From the IMG/VR virus record IMGVR_UViG_3300015615_000498, positions 49,691-69,690 of that record: 20,000 bases of DNA; one strand, 5' to 3'. Both the position numbers and the translations under genes were made by a program. Positions 8,741 to 17,722 of the stretch are shown one piece after another. The notes under the pieces were generated by a model that saw only the letters and a program-made list of their open reading frames with translations, had not been told where the DNA came from and searched no databases. Every line of letters starts with the position of its first letter. The stretch's first letter is position 1. The DNA comes from an uncultured virus (IMG/VR IMGVR_UViG_3300015615_000498) (taxonomy: Duplodnaviria; Heunggongvirae; Uroviricota; Caudoviricetes).

Positions 8741-9966
8741 GCTGGCACCTCCAGTCGCTTTCGCAGGCAGGCGATTGCAGACCCATCCTTGCAGCGATGC
8801 CCCAAAACAGCAGACTCCGGGATCGCTGACATCGCAATCACATGCCGTGGCGATTGGTCGGTGACGGCCTCGACGTACGTTGGCGGCAGGCCCTCGCGCC
8901 CCCAGGCGTGATACTGCAGATTGGTGTCGTGGGTGTTCGGCACAGCGACCTCGTGGCAGGCGACGTCCCAGGCCCACGGAAGCATCGGATCCCACGGTGC
9001 TGACCGGGAAGTGTACTCGAGCAGCAGATTGTCGGCGCCCGGCGGATACACAGCACAGCCAGTCAGGTGTTCCGGGCACCAGTGCGGAGAATCGCTGCGA
9101 CCCTGCTGGGCCTGAATCCGTCCCATGAACGGCTTGCCAGAGGTCCGGTACTCCTCCTCAATCGCATCCAGCCAGCCAGGTTTGAGCGGGAAGCAGTCTG
9201 GTTCGAGCCAGAAGAACGGGCGTGGATCATCGCGCAGCGCCAGTAGTGTGACCTGAAACATCCAGTTGGGGCCGATGGGCCACTTCTCATTCCGCAGCAT
9301 GTACGGGGTTTTCTGCACGACAACATCACGGAATGCCAGCAGTGCCGCTTCGACGATGGGGCCGATCACTTCGTCGGCAACCTGCACGGCAGCCATCAGC
9401 ACGCAGTCGTGCTCCTTGCTGCCGCCCAACTCACCCACCCACCGCACAAGATCGAGGGCCGCATCAGCGTCATCCGGGCAGAACGGGATGACGCACAGCA
9501 ATCGGTCATTGGGCGACGGAAACGGTAGCGGTGCCACTGCCGGTAGAGGTCTTCGAAAAGCGGCACATGGCTGGCCTTTGTCACCCTCGCAACAGGCGAT
9601 GGTTTCCCCGGTTTTCTTTCGAACCCCATCCCTCTGCTGAGTGAAGATGACGCATTCCCCGAATGCGTCGCACGCATGTACTGGAACGCTGCTGCTGGCA
9701 CACGTCCCGCACTGCACCTCTCGCGTGATCTTGCTGTCGAAGTTGAGGCAGGGCAGTTCCGGTTCGACCGGATACCCCAATGCCTCGGCGGAGAATGGGC
9801 ATGGTGTCCCCGGGTGTCCTGTGGGCCCCTTGCGGCACCACGACAGGGGCACGGGCTTCTTGCGAGCCACCGCTGGATGCCTGCAGAAGCACCTCCCGCC
9901 GGACAAGATGGCCCCGCGGAAGGCACAGACTGGCAGTTTTAGAGCGGAATGATCTTCACTTTGCAT
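8737..9966 (-). CDS. Cys-rich N-terminal domain fused to a GT-A-like glycosyltransferase domain (~409 aa)
   Basis: Likely ATG at 9966 (start uncertain). About 13 Cys in the first ~135 aa, a Pro-rich linker, then LLCVIPF, WPIGPNWMF, FFWLEPDCFPLKPGWLDAI (EXD variant), HLTGCAVYP, AWDV and HRCKDGS. Confidence 0.65.
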   Translation of the reverse strand: MQSEDHSALKLPVCAFRGAILSGGRCFCRHPAVARKKPVPLSWCRKGPTGHPGTPCPFSAEALGYPVEPELPCLNFDSKITREVQCGTCASSSVPVHACDAFGECVIFTQQRDGVRKKTGETIACCEGDKGQPCAAFRRPLPAVAPLPFPSPNDRLLCVIPFCPDDADAALDLVRWVGELGGSKEHDCVLMAAVQVADEVIGPIVEAALLAFRDVVVQKTPYMLRNEKWPIGPNWMFQVTLLALRDDPRPFFWLEPDCFPLKPGWLDAIEEEYRTSGKPFMGRIQAQQGRSDSPHWCPEHLTGCAVYPPGADNLLLEYTSRSAPWDPMLPWAWDVACHEVAVPNTHDTNLQYHAWGREGLPPTYVEAVTDQSPRHVIAMSAIPESAVLGHRCKDGSAIACLRKRLEVPA

Positions 9967-11357
9967 GTGCCGCCGATGCACTCTTTGTCGGGGTTTGGAA
10001 ATGAGCTGACGGCTACAGAAGGGACAGTGAACTCCATGCCATTGCAAAATCCTTCAAGGTCGTCAGTGGGTATGTTCAGCAAGTAGCGGCGCTGCCAGCA
10101 TGTTCCAGTGCCTGCAACAGAGCCCTCGCCGGTGCAGGTCACTAAAAACGGGCTAAGGTCGTTGTATGGGCGAACTCCAATGAAAACCTCCAGAATGCCG
10201 ATTCCTGGTCCGGAGATGTTCCCTTGGACTCGAAGCGTGATGAGGCCGGACGCTGTCTGCAGCGCAAGGTCCGGGTATTGGTCATCCAAGTAGGGAAATG
10301 GGAATTCCTTCTTGTAGCCGCAGCACTCGTTGATCGTGAAGCAGGTGCTGGTGACACAGATTTCGCTGTGATACCCAACGAGCGCATCGTCCGACGTGAA
10401 GATGTACACGCCATCCAGGTTCGAGCAGATGCTGGCCGGGACGCCTGTGGAAATGGTGCAGTCGCTCTGGGTTCCGTCGTCCAGTCCAGTGATCTCGACC
10501 CGGATGGCATACGACTGCCCTGCGCAAACGCAATCATCACTCCCCGGCGACGGTTCCAAGCACAGGCACTTCGGCGTTGGCAGGTCCTCGCAGTTTTTGC
10601 CGTCTGCCGTGATCCGCTTCAGTTGCAACTGGATGCCGCATTCCGGCTCCCAGAACATCACCCGGTTCCACCACGTTTCCATGATGATCGGCGAGCCGGG
10701 ATTCGTGACATCGACAAGGTGGATCAGCACCTCGTCGGCCTCTTGCCCGGTGATCTCGCTCTCGTAGCGGAAGTCCCGGGTGTCGTAGTCGTCGCAGTCG
10801 TCACTCCAAGTGTCGGAGATGAACTTTTCCTCGGCCGGATCCCAAGCCAGAATCCGGCCGTTGAACGTGTAGAACTCCATCATCAGGAAGTCGCCTGATG
10901 GGTGCTCGATGTTCAGCAGGTCCCGGTCGTAGCAGGTGCCGCAGTCGCAGGCCGTCCCTTCGTCGCCGGTCGAGTCAACGTCGATCGAGTCGTACAGGGC
11001 AAGGACTCGCCCCCCAGACCCGTTTGCCACACGGAACCCATTGTTCCCGAGCGTCAGATCCCACGAGCCTGCCGCTGGCCCCCACTTCGCATTGGCGACC
11101 GGAGTGCCGCTGCCGTACTTGCCCCACTCCTCATCGTACGGAGCAATGCAGCGTCCCACTGCGCCTACCGGAACCGCTGCTGGACCATTGAATCGAAATT
11201 TGTTGAACCGGTCTGTTTCTGCAGGCGCGGCAGTGGGCTTTGTGCCTCGTAGAACGGCGCGACCGGCCACGGTGTCGGCACCGTCAATTTCGATGACACC
11301 GTACGCCGGGACGATCTCCCCAGAGATATTCAGAAACGACTTCCAATTACCGGACAT
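9939..11357 (-). CDS. Cys-rich tail tip/fibre-like protein (472 aa)
   Basis: ATG at 11357 with GAGGAG SD, overlapping the hub gene end. Beta-rich N-terminal domain (NISGEIVPAYGVIEI...FNGP) followed by an acidic region; about 22 Cys in total by hand count. Function inferred from position. Confidence 0.55.
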   Translation of the reverse strand: MSGNWKSFLNISGEIVPAYGVIEIDGADTVAGRAVLRGTKPTAAPAETDRFNKFRFNGPAAVPVGAVGRCIAPYDEEWGKYGSGTPVANAKWGPAAGSWDLTLGNNGFRVANGSGGRVLALYDSIDVDSTGDEGTACDCGTCYDRDLLNIEHPSGDFLMMEFYTFNGRILAWDPAEEKFISDTWSDDCDDYDTRDFRYESEITGQEADEVLIHLVDVTNPGSPIIMETWWNRVMFWEPECGIQLQLKRITADGKNCEDLPTPKCLCLEPSPGSDDCVCAGQSYAIRVEITGLDDGTQSDCTISTGVPASICSNLDGVYIFTSDDALVGYHSEICVTSTCFTINECCGYKKEFPFPYLDDQYPDLALQTASGLITLRVQGNISGPGIGILEVFIGVRPYNDLSPFLVTCTGEGSVAGTGTCWQRRYLLNIPTDDLEGFCNGMEFTVPSVAVSSFPNPDKECIGGTCKVKIIPL

Positions 11358-13020
11358 ACGATCGCTCCTCGTAGTCACTCGTCCGCTCAAGCGATCGTCG
11401 CTGGTGTCGTTCTCGGAATAGAGACTGAATGATCCGGCGCCGCTCCCGGCCCCTCAGAACTCCGCCTTCAAATTCAATCTGCTGGCCGCCGATCGTGTTG
11501 CTACCACCGACGTTGCTCGGCGTTCGCATCCGGACGTTCCAGCCGACCTGCCAGATCTTTCCGCCGAGCCGAATGTCCTTGAGGTAGCGATAGGTTCCAA
11601 CCGTTCCCGTGACATCACCGAACTGCGTCCCGATTAGCGCGGCCGCAGCATCCGCATCCGCCTGCACGGCTGCCGCATTGCTGTCCGTGCTCGTTAGGTC
11701 AGTGACATCAGATGGATTCGCATACCGGCCTGCAAAGACGAGCCGAAAATCCTCATTGACGTAGGGATATGGCCCTGAGTTTGCCGGTGCGCCAATGAGC
11801 GCCGTGGTTCGCTCAAAACGCACTGGCTGGTTCGTTGCAGTCTCGGTCACCTGATAACTGCACGTCAGATAGAGCGTGGCCGCCTCGATGCCTCCCGCCC
11901 CGTCGAGCTTCACAATCTGCTGCGGAAAGATCACCAGCCCGAGCTGGCCGCGCATCGAGAATTTGAGATCGAGAAGTTGGGTTTCCGCGGTATTGGCCAC
12001 TGCATCGGGATCGCCGCCGGGTGGCAAGTAGATGCCCTGGACGAACGCTTTTGCATACTTCTGCTTCACAAGTCCCGTCTCAACGTCATTGATCCATGGT
12101 CGAATCGGCAGCAGTTGAGTGATGTCGCTCAGGGCGAACGCATAGCCCGGGACGTCCTGCGATCCATCCGCCTGTGAGACAACGCGATACCAGCGGAACA
12201 CCGACTCGAGCGCACACTGCCGCGAGGCTTCGTCAAATTGATCTGCAACATCCTCGAACTGCGTTCCAAGCTGGTAAGTCCAACCGTCCGCGGGCGTGTA
12301 GCTGAGCGAGTTGATCGGAACGATCGATCCGTCCGTGTCGAGTCCCACCGCTTCCAGCTTCAGCTTGCTCTGGAACGTGACCGGAGCCCCAGCCACGACG
12401 ATCGAACTTGGCCGCTCGCCGGTGCTGACCGAGTAGGTTGCAGTCTCAACGTCAGTGCCGCCGGGGAGAGTGCTGCCAGAATTGGCCACCTCGATGGTGA
12501 CCGTGTTCGGAACCGGGTTCCAGCAGACTTCATAGCCGAAAAAGTGCAGGAGTTTCTCCAACTCCTGCATCGGGTTGTCGTAGAGCCAGTCGACAAACGG
12601 AAACAGCGTGTTGCTGACGGCGGAGACGTCAAATCCAGTTTCACCTGCCGCATTGAGGCAGAGCGTGGCCAATGAACGCAAATCGGCTGTCGTCGCCGGA
12701 TCAATCGAGCCATCCGGTCGGCGGACGTTGTAGCAGCCATTGATCTTGCCGTAGCGCCACCACCAACGGCGATCCCACAACCGGGCATAGGTGATCTGCC
12801 CGGTACTGTCGTAGCGAATTGAGCTCGAGTCGAGTCGGCAATCCCGTAGCGTGACCGTCAGCCCGTCGTCGATAATTGCGACGTCACCATTTGCCGGCAG
12901 GAGCGTTGCCTGGGGAATGATCTCCATGATGATCGCATCAGGAAATACCCCGCGCGTGCAGACATACCGGAGCGATCGCCCGGCAACGAGACTCGGATAG
13001 GTGAACGAAACTCCGGCCAT
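11347..13020 (-). CDS. Putative baseplate hub / Tal (gpD/gp27-like) protein, 557 aa
   Basis: Follows the Dit-like gene. The pattern LWDRRWWW...LATLCLNAAGE...VDWLYDNPMQELEKLLHFFGYEV...VTI...PSSIVVAG resembles hub-fold proteins. Confidence 0.55.
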   Translation of the reverse strand: MAGVSFTYPSLVAGRSLRYVCTRGVFPDAIIMEIIPQATLLPANGDVAIIDDGLTVTLRDCRLDSSSIRYDSTGQITYARLWDRRWWWRYGKINGCYNVRRPDGSIDPATTADLRSLATLCLNAAGETGFDVSAVSNTLFPFVDWLYDNPMQELEKLLHFFGYEVCWNPVPNTVTIEVANSGSTLPGGTDVETATYSVSTGERPSSIVVAGAPVTFQSKLKLEAVGLDTDGSIVPINSLSYTPADGWTYQLGTQFEDVADQFDEASRQCALESVFRWYRVVSQADGSQDVPGYAFALSDITQLLPIRPWINDVETGLVKQKYAKAFVQGIYLPPGGDPDAVANTAETQLLDLKFSMRGQLGLVIFPQQIVKLDGAGGIEAATLYLTCSYQVTETATNQPVRFERTTALIGAPANSGPYPYVNEDFRLVFAGRYANPSDVTDLTSTDSNAAAVQADADAAAALIGTQFGDVTGTVGTYRYLKDIRLGGKIWQVGWNVRMRTPSNVGGSNTIGGQQIEFEGGVLRGRERRRIIQSLFRERHQRRSLERTSDYEERSYVR

Positions 13021-13023
13021 CGA

Positions 13024-13764
13024 TTAAGGCAGGGCTGTGGGCGTGGGAACAGAGCCAGGTGCAGTCACAAGCTCGTGGTAGTACCGCCAGCGGATCGGAT
13101 ACCGAGTACTGAGATTCCGACCGAACTTCGGTGTTCCCTTCTCTTGAACAACGAGCTTCACTCGCAGATCTGGCGCGCTGTTCGGCGCCGGAAACGATGG
13201 GTATGCCGACCAACCAACGGCATATCCTTCTTGAATTAGGATCACGCCGGTCTGCTGCTGAACTTCTTGCTTCTCCGGCGCGCCGGTAAGTGACTCCTTA
13301 AGGGCCTTCTCGATGCCACCCGTGCCGATCTGGCGCATGTCCTCGTGCCAGTCGATGATTTCCTTTTCGTTTGCAGCGACTTCGGCGAACATTCGACCAA
13401 CGAACGAGCGGCGGTTGACGTACTGCGCTCCGTTACCGCCCGCGGCCAAGACTTGGCCCTTGACCCATTCAAGTTCGAACCGCGTCCCATTGATGGTGTT
13501 GGCGGTCAGCAAAACGTGTTTGGTTGGAGTCGTACCGTCATTCTGGAAAAGACCGAAATCCAGATTCATGGTCTGGGCCGCGTTCTGCGTGTTCTCGATG
13601 ATGGTTTCGAGCGCGGCGAGATTGGCTCCGGAAACGCTGCCGCCAAAGCTGGCGACAATGTTGGTCTGCATTCGACGACCGACATTCGAGAAGACCGGCG
13701 TGTACCGCCACGTCAGCCAGGTCCGATTGGCCTGAAACTCGAAAGTTCCGATTTTGAGTTTCAT
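13024..13764 (-). CDS. Putative distal tail (Dit-like) protein, 246 aa
   Basis: Beta-rich, starts MKLKIGTFEF, lies between the tape-measure slot and the hub-like gene; TGATG coupling at 13764. Confidence 0.5.
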   Translation of the reverse strand: MKLKIGTFEFQANRTWLTWRYTPVFSNVGRRMQTNIVASFGGSVSGANLAALETIIENTQNAAQTMNLDFGLFQNDGTTPTKHVLLTANTINGTRFELEWVKGQVLAAGGNGAQYVNRRSFVGRMFAEVAANEKEIIDWHEDMRQIGTGGIEKALKESLTGAPEKQEVQQQTGVILIQEGYAVGWSAYPSFPAPNSAPDLRVKLVVQEKGTPKFGRNLSTRYPIRWRYYHELVTAPGSVPTPTALP

Positions 13765-14504
13765 CAGTAGGCCCCTCCACCGCGGTCATTCAGCGGCGCT
13801 TGTCCGCCAAGGACGGTGTTCGAGTCCAACTGAAAATCGTCCATCAACATCTCGTTGGTCACCCGTCTCTGGTCCTCTGGAAGCTGCCACGTTTCCGGAT
13901 CGCCATGCTCAACATTGACTTCCAGAAAATCGTCGGGTTGCTCCTCGTCAGGAGAGTTGGGGAACTCCGAATCGCGTGAATAGTCCTCCAGGAGATCAGG
14001 ATTGTCCACCGCCGGTGGATTTCGGTCGGTGCCGAAGTCATCTACTGGCCCCTCGCCCTGTGGCTGACGATCCACAGCAGGGGGCAGGTCCTCGAGTGAT
14101 CCAAGGGGGGGTGGCGTCTCTTCCTCGAATGGTGAATCGTTCTGCGTCGCCGACGGGGTGTCGCCGTCCTCGGGATATTCCAGGCGGGGCGGTTCTACCT
14201 CCGCATCCTCGAGCCCCGGCCGGTCATCGACACCCCCCGCTGGAGTATCCATTTCCGGCGCCTGCGGTACGTCCGCCAGTGTCCCATCGTCAACGGGATC
14301 CTCGGGAGTCTGCGAATCTCCGGTGGCTGCGTCGTCACTCGCCCCTTCCGTGTGTTCCGGTGGGGGTGACTGATTCGGATCGATCGCGGGGAGTGAGACG
14401 CCAAGTTCGGCTCCTCGGTCTGCGGCCATCAGGTCCTGCAGAACGGCGCCGACGTCGATGTCACCTGGAAATCGCGGCGATGCGTTTTGAGGGCCTTGGT
14501 CCAT
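13764..14504 (-). CDS. Highly acidic, Pro-rich disordered protein (246 aa) in the tape-measure position
   Basis: Hand count: ~62 D/E, ~35 P, 10 R, 0 K. It fills the gap between chaperone and Dit, and its stop overlaps the next start. Confidence 0.7.
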   Translation of the reverse strand: MDQGPQNASPRFPGDIDVGAVLQDLMAADRGAELGVSLPAIDPNQSPPPEHTEGASDDAATGDSQTPEDPVDDGTLADVPQAPEMDTPAGGVDDRPGLEDAEVEPPRLEYPEDGDTPSATQNDSPFEEETPPPLGSLEDLPPAVDRQPQGEGPVDDFGTDRNPPAVDNPDLLEDYSRDSEFPNSPDEEQPDDFLEVNVEHGDPETWQLPEDQRRVTNEMLMDDFQLDSNTVLGGQAPLNDRGGGAY

Positions 14505-15117
14505 GTCCTGCTTTCTGGATCGCGTCCCGGATCACGCGGGCATTCCGCCGCACGATTGGATCGTCCGGCCACTCGTTGACCGCTTCACACTCCTGAAAGT
14601 GCAGCCACGCCCAACGATTCTTTCCGGAGAGAACATTCGGCTTCTCGGGCGTACCGCGCGGGCAGCGATCGATCACGCACAGCAGTTCCGATTCCGGTTC
14701 CCGTTGAAGCGCACACCCGTCCTGCTCGGTCGTCACTCCGGTCATCGGGTCGTACCACCACGCCTTGCAGTAATCGCACGTGGTTTTCGACAAGTGCGGG
14801 TACTTCAGTTCGATTTGTACGCCGGCGTGTAGGTTCGCGACGTCGGCCGCCTCTTTCACGCCGGACTTTGCGGCGATCTTGGCGATCACTGCTCGGGCCT
14901 GGATGGGATCGAGCTCATCGAACCGGATCTCGCCCCAAACTACTCGAGACCGAGCTGTATCCTTCAGGTACCGGCTGGCGTCGTTCGGAGACAGATCGCG
15001 AAGTCGGGCGACGAGCAACTGTCTCTCGCGCGAGAGCAATGGCCGAAACTCAACGGTTGTCCCGGCAACGGCCAGGGCTTCGTTGTAGCCATCCGGAACT
15101 GACTGGACCGAGACCAT
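14461..15117 (-). CDS. Putative tail assembly chaperone with C-terminal Cys cluster (218 aa)
   Basis: Directly after the tail tube gene. N-terminal VEFRPLL helical part; C-terminal CDYC...CVIDRCP...LSGKNRWAWLHFQEC...WPDD. Confidence 0.55.
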   Translation of the reverse strand: MVSVQSVPDGYNEALAVAGTTVEFRPLLSRERQLLVARLRDLSPNDASRYLKDTARSRVVWGEIRFDELDPIQARAVIAKIAAKSGVKEAADVANLHAGVQIELKYPHLSKTTCDYCKAWWYDPMTGVTTEQDGCALQREPESELLCVIDRCPRGTPEKPNVLSGKNRWAWLHFQECEAVNEWPDDPIVRRNARVIRDAIQKAGHGPRPSKRIAAISR

Positions 15118-15123
15118 AGGACC

Positions 15124-16005
15124 TTACGGTGTGTCGTCGTGAGTCACCGTCATCAGGTTCGAGACGGCGGCCGTGCGGGCGACCTTGTACATGACGCCGT
15201 GCTTCACCGTCTCGTTGCGACGCAGGATGTCCGGCGTCTTGTTCCGTGGAATCAACTGAGTGAAGTTGAACCGGGTATTGACGTTGGTTGCCGTGAAGTC
15301 CAGGTAGCCGGAAGCGCGAGTGCCACTGTCGCGGGGTCCGGAGTAGAGCGTTTCGTTCGTCGAGTTGTATCGCACTGCAGCGACGAGCGTGACGTCCCAA
15401 CTCTGCGGTTCCAGTTCGGTCGCGGTCGCGGAGTTGTACCACTCCGCATTCGTGTGAAAGTCGAACGCCAGCACGTGGCGCAGATAGCTGCGTGTGCTCC
15501 CCTGAAGCTGGATCGCGGTCTGCTGGAACGCATACGGACGCCCCGACTGGATCGCCGTGGCGCTCGCGGCCGCCCAGTTTGCCAGGTCGGTTTCCGCCTT
15601 GGCCAGAACGGTCATGTTCCACGTCGGCGGAGCGCCGCCTCGCGATCCCTCGATCACGCATTTGTCGATAATCGCAGACGCGTACCGAACCACCCGGGCG
15701 CCGAGGTCCACGTCAAGCTGGAACTCCATGCCGTCGAGCAGCGGCTGGGGCGTCCATGGCGTCCCCGTGACGAATCCGATCTTCGGCAGCATGACCCCGA
15801 TTTCTTTTGGGTTCGGCTGCATCAGGATCTGGAAGCGATGCTTTCGAACGTCGTCGATAAAGTCGTCTTCGTGCGGCTGAAAGTCTCCCCGGATTGTGTC
15901 CTGAGAAAGATCGATCAGGCCGGGGTTGGAACTGGCATTCGCGGCACGCAGGAAACGCATCTGCTGCCCGCCAAATGCGATCTTTCGAATGGCTCCCAGG
16001 CTCAT
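15124..16005 (-). CDS. Major tail tube protein (non-contractile type), 293 aa
   Basis: Size, beta-strand alternation and the pattern TIRG...FQILMQP..EI..ML; located between terminator-like and chaperone-like genes; no sheath gene nearby. Confidence 0.65.
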   Translation of the reverse strand: MSLGAIRKIAFGGQQMRFLRAANASSNPGLIDLSQDTIRGDFQPHEDDFIDDVRKHRFQILMQPNPKEIGVMLPKIGFVTGTPWTPQPLLDGMEFQLDVDLGARVVRYASAIIDKCVIEGSRGGAPPTWNMTVLAKAETDLANWAAASATAIQSGRPYAFQQTAIQLQGSTRSYLRHVLAFDFHTNAEWYNSATATELEPQSWDVTLVAAVRYNSTNETLYSGPRDSGTRASGYLDFTATNVNTRFNFTQLIPRNKTPDILRRNETVKHGVMYKVARTAAVSNLMTVTHDDTP

Positions 16006-16544
16006 TGATCATCTCCCGTCAGGTAGCCCTCGCGGACGGTGCAGCGCACAGCCACGCCAAGCTGGAAGTTCTTGTCGAGCACCCACGTCTTCCGGTCCGG
16101 CGAGTTGACCTGGAACACGTGCTTGAATTCGTAATTGACCCCGGTCGTCTCCATGTCGATCGCCTGGAGATTTGGATCGTTCAGCCGGCGGGCAATCTGG
16201 TTCTGCCAGTTGAGATACGTCCGCAGTCCGCGCAGCTTGTCCGACTGATCCGCGTCGACGATCTGGATCAGGAACAGATAGTCGTTCTGGACTTCATCGT
16301 TGCTGCCTTCGTTGGGGTCCGACGTTACGGACTGCAGGGTGACGATGATCGCCGGGAACTGTTCGCTGGCGAACTGGCCGCTGTCATCGGCGTCCGCGAT
16401 CTTGCGGAGGATGATGTTTTCTTGGGCGATCGGACGAACCTGATCGTCAGGGCGCGCGGAGAGATTCAGGGCGAGGATGGTGCGATAGAAGCACACCATC
16501 ATCTGCCAGTCTGGCGCGTCGTCCTTTGTCGCCTCGTAGTTCAT
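16002..16544 (-). CDS. Tail terminator/completion-like protein (180 aa)
   Basis: ATGA overlaps at both ends (16541-16544, 16002-16005). The pattern FPAIIVT...YLFLIQIVD...WQNQIARRL is typical of gpU-like terminators. Confidence 0.55.
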   Translation of the reverse strand: MNYEATKDDAPDWQMMVCFYRTILALNLSARPDDQVRPIAQENIILRKIADADDSGQFASEQFPAIIVTLQSVTSDPNEGSNDEVQNDYLFLIQIVDADQSDKLRGLRTYLNWQNQIARRLNDPNLQAIDMETTGVNYEFKHVFQVNSPDRKTWVLDKNFQLGVAVRCTVREGYLTGDDQ

Positions 16545-17722
16545 GTTGCCGTAACCACCGGACGCATCCACAGCGGAGACGGACCATTCCCGCCGTCGCT
16601 GGAAATCACCTTGTAGTCGTACTCCATCGCGGCCCGCAGAGCGTCAACCGCCGTCGCTCGTGCGATCTGCAGCCGAGCCAATCCCTCTTTCGAACCGTTG
16701 AACATCAAGCCCAGGAAAGCAGCCTCCGCGAGCCGGCAGAGCGGCTGCAGCATGATGCTGTGATCGATATCGAGCGGGTCGCTGATCACGTAACCGCAAG
16801 CGGTGAAGTTCGCCCCCGGTGGATCATCCAGGCGGGCGGTCGCGTCGGTCAGCCGTTCCGCGATGGTCGTCTCGAACGCGATCGGGATATTGACGTCTTT
16901 TCCGCCGACTTCGCGGCCGACGATGTTGGTCGGCGATCGCTGCCCAGCCGCCACTCGAATCGTGGCTCCCGCGCAGTCCGCGGGCAGAATCGCGCCGCTG
17001 TCCGTGAGATTGTTAAACGTGGCAATCGTCGAACCACTGACCAGCGTGACAGTTCCGATGTCGAAGCACTCAATGTTCAGCGGCCTCGCGTTGCCCTTGT
17101 AGAGCATGGCCAGAACAGTTCCCGCCGCCGGCGGCGGAACGATCGTCATGACCGCCCGTTGTCCCATCGACGACGAGATCACCGCTTGGTCCGGCGTCGA
17201 TGCCAGGGCCTCGCCGGCGAGAAACCGGTACTGCGATCGCGACTGATCCTGCGAGAGCGAAAGGAGTTGCTGTGATCCGGCGTCGACCACCTGCAGGGCG
17301 ATCCGGAAATCTTCGGGGAGTCGGAACGTGTCGGTGATCAGCCGAAAGGATGTTCCAGCGGTGACGTCGGCGCCCGGGTTGTCCGCCGGGCCCAGCTTGA
17401 TCACCGTGTCGCTTTGTCGCTCGAGTACTCGGTGAGCAATCGTGGAGATCACCAGCCGCTTGTACTCGACGTCCGTCGGCCAGGTTCCACCGCTCAGCGT
17501 GACAAGCTGCGTCGCATTGCTATACGCGACCGTGCCCGTGATGTACTCGTCGGGAACGACGAATTGGGCCTGCTTGTCGTACCGCGAGAAGTTGCCGATC
17601 CGCGTAATCTCGGCATAGGCTTCTTGAACCGCCCGACGCGCGTGACGACTGCCCCGCGTCCCCGGCTGGAATTGCACGAGGTCGGTGAGCTGGTCAACGA
17701 GGTCTTGAAAGGTCCGAATCAT
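16541..17722 (-). CDS. Head-tail adaptor/connector protein with two inserted beta domains (393 aa)
   Basis: Helical N-terminus (TFQDLVDQL...AVQEAYAEI), FRLPEDF and TIVPPP motifs, and a helical C-terminus, as in podovirus-type adaptors. Confidence 0.65.
   Translation of the reverse strand: MIRTFQDLVDQLTDLVQFQPGTRGSRHARRAVQEAYAEITRIGNFSRYDKQAQFVVPDEYITGTVAYSNATQLVTLSGGTWPTDVEYKRLVISTIAHRVLERQSDTVIKLGPADNPGADVTAGTSFRLITDTFRLPEDFRIALQVVDAGSQQLLSLSQDQSRSQYRFLAGEALASTPDQAVISSSMGQRAVMTIVPPPAAGTVLAMLYKGNARPLNIECFDIGTVTLVSGSTIATFNNLTDSGAILPADCAGATIRVAAGQRSPTNIVGREVGGKDVNIPIAFETTIAERLTDATARLDDPPGANFTACGYVISDPLDIDHSIMLQPLCRLAEAAFLGLMFNGSKEGLARLQIARATAVDALRAAMEYDYKVISSDGGNGPSPLWMRPVVTAT
17592..17621 (+). 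promoter_or_regulatory. Candidate antisense promoter for the RHH gene
   Basis: TTGCCG (17592-17597), 18-nt spacer, TAGGCT (17616-17621), about 100 nt upstream of ATG 17721. Same -10 hexamer as the 7790 candidate. Confidence 0.3.

Noticed and set aside
8741..9079. Track N-terminal extensions of 8093-9079 (also 17848-19083 and 1939-2631)
   Set aside because: They overlap upstream real genes; coupled starts at 8740, 18417 and 2370 fit better.
14615..14635. GGAAAG as a lambda-like slippery site in the chaperone gene
   Set aside because: Reads CCGGAAAG on the minus strand, not a full X XXY YYZ heptamer.
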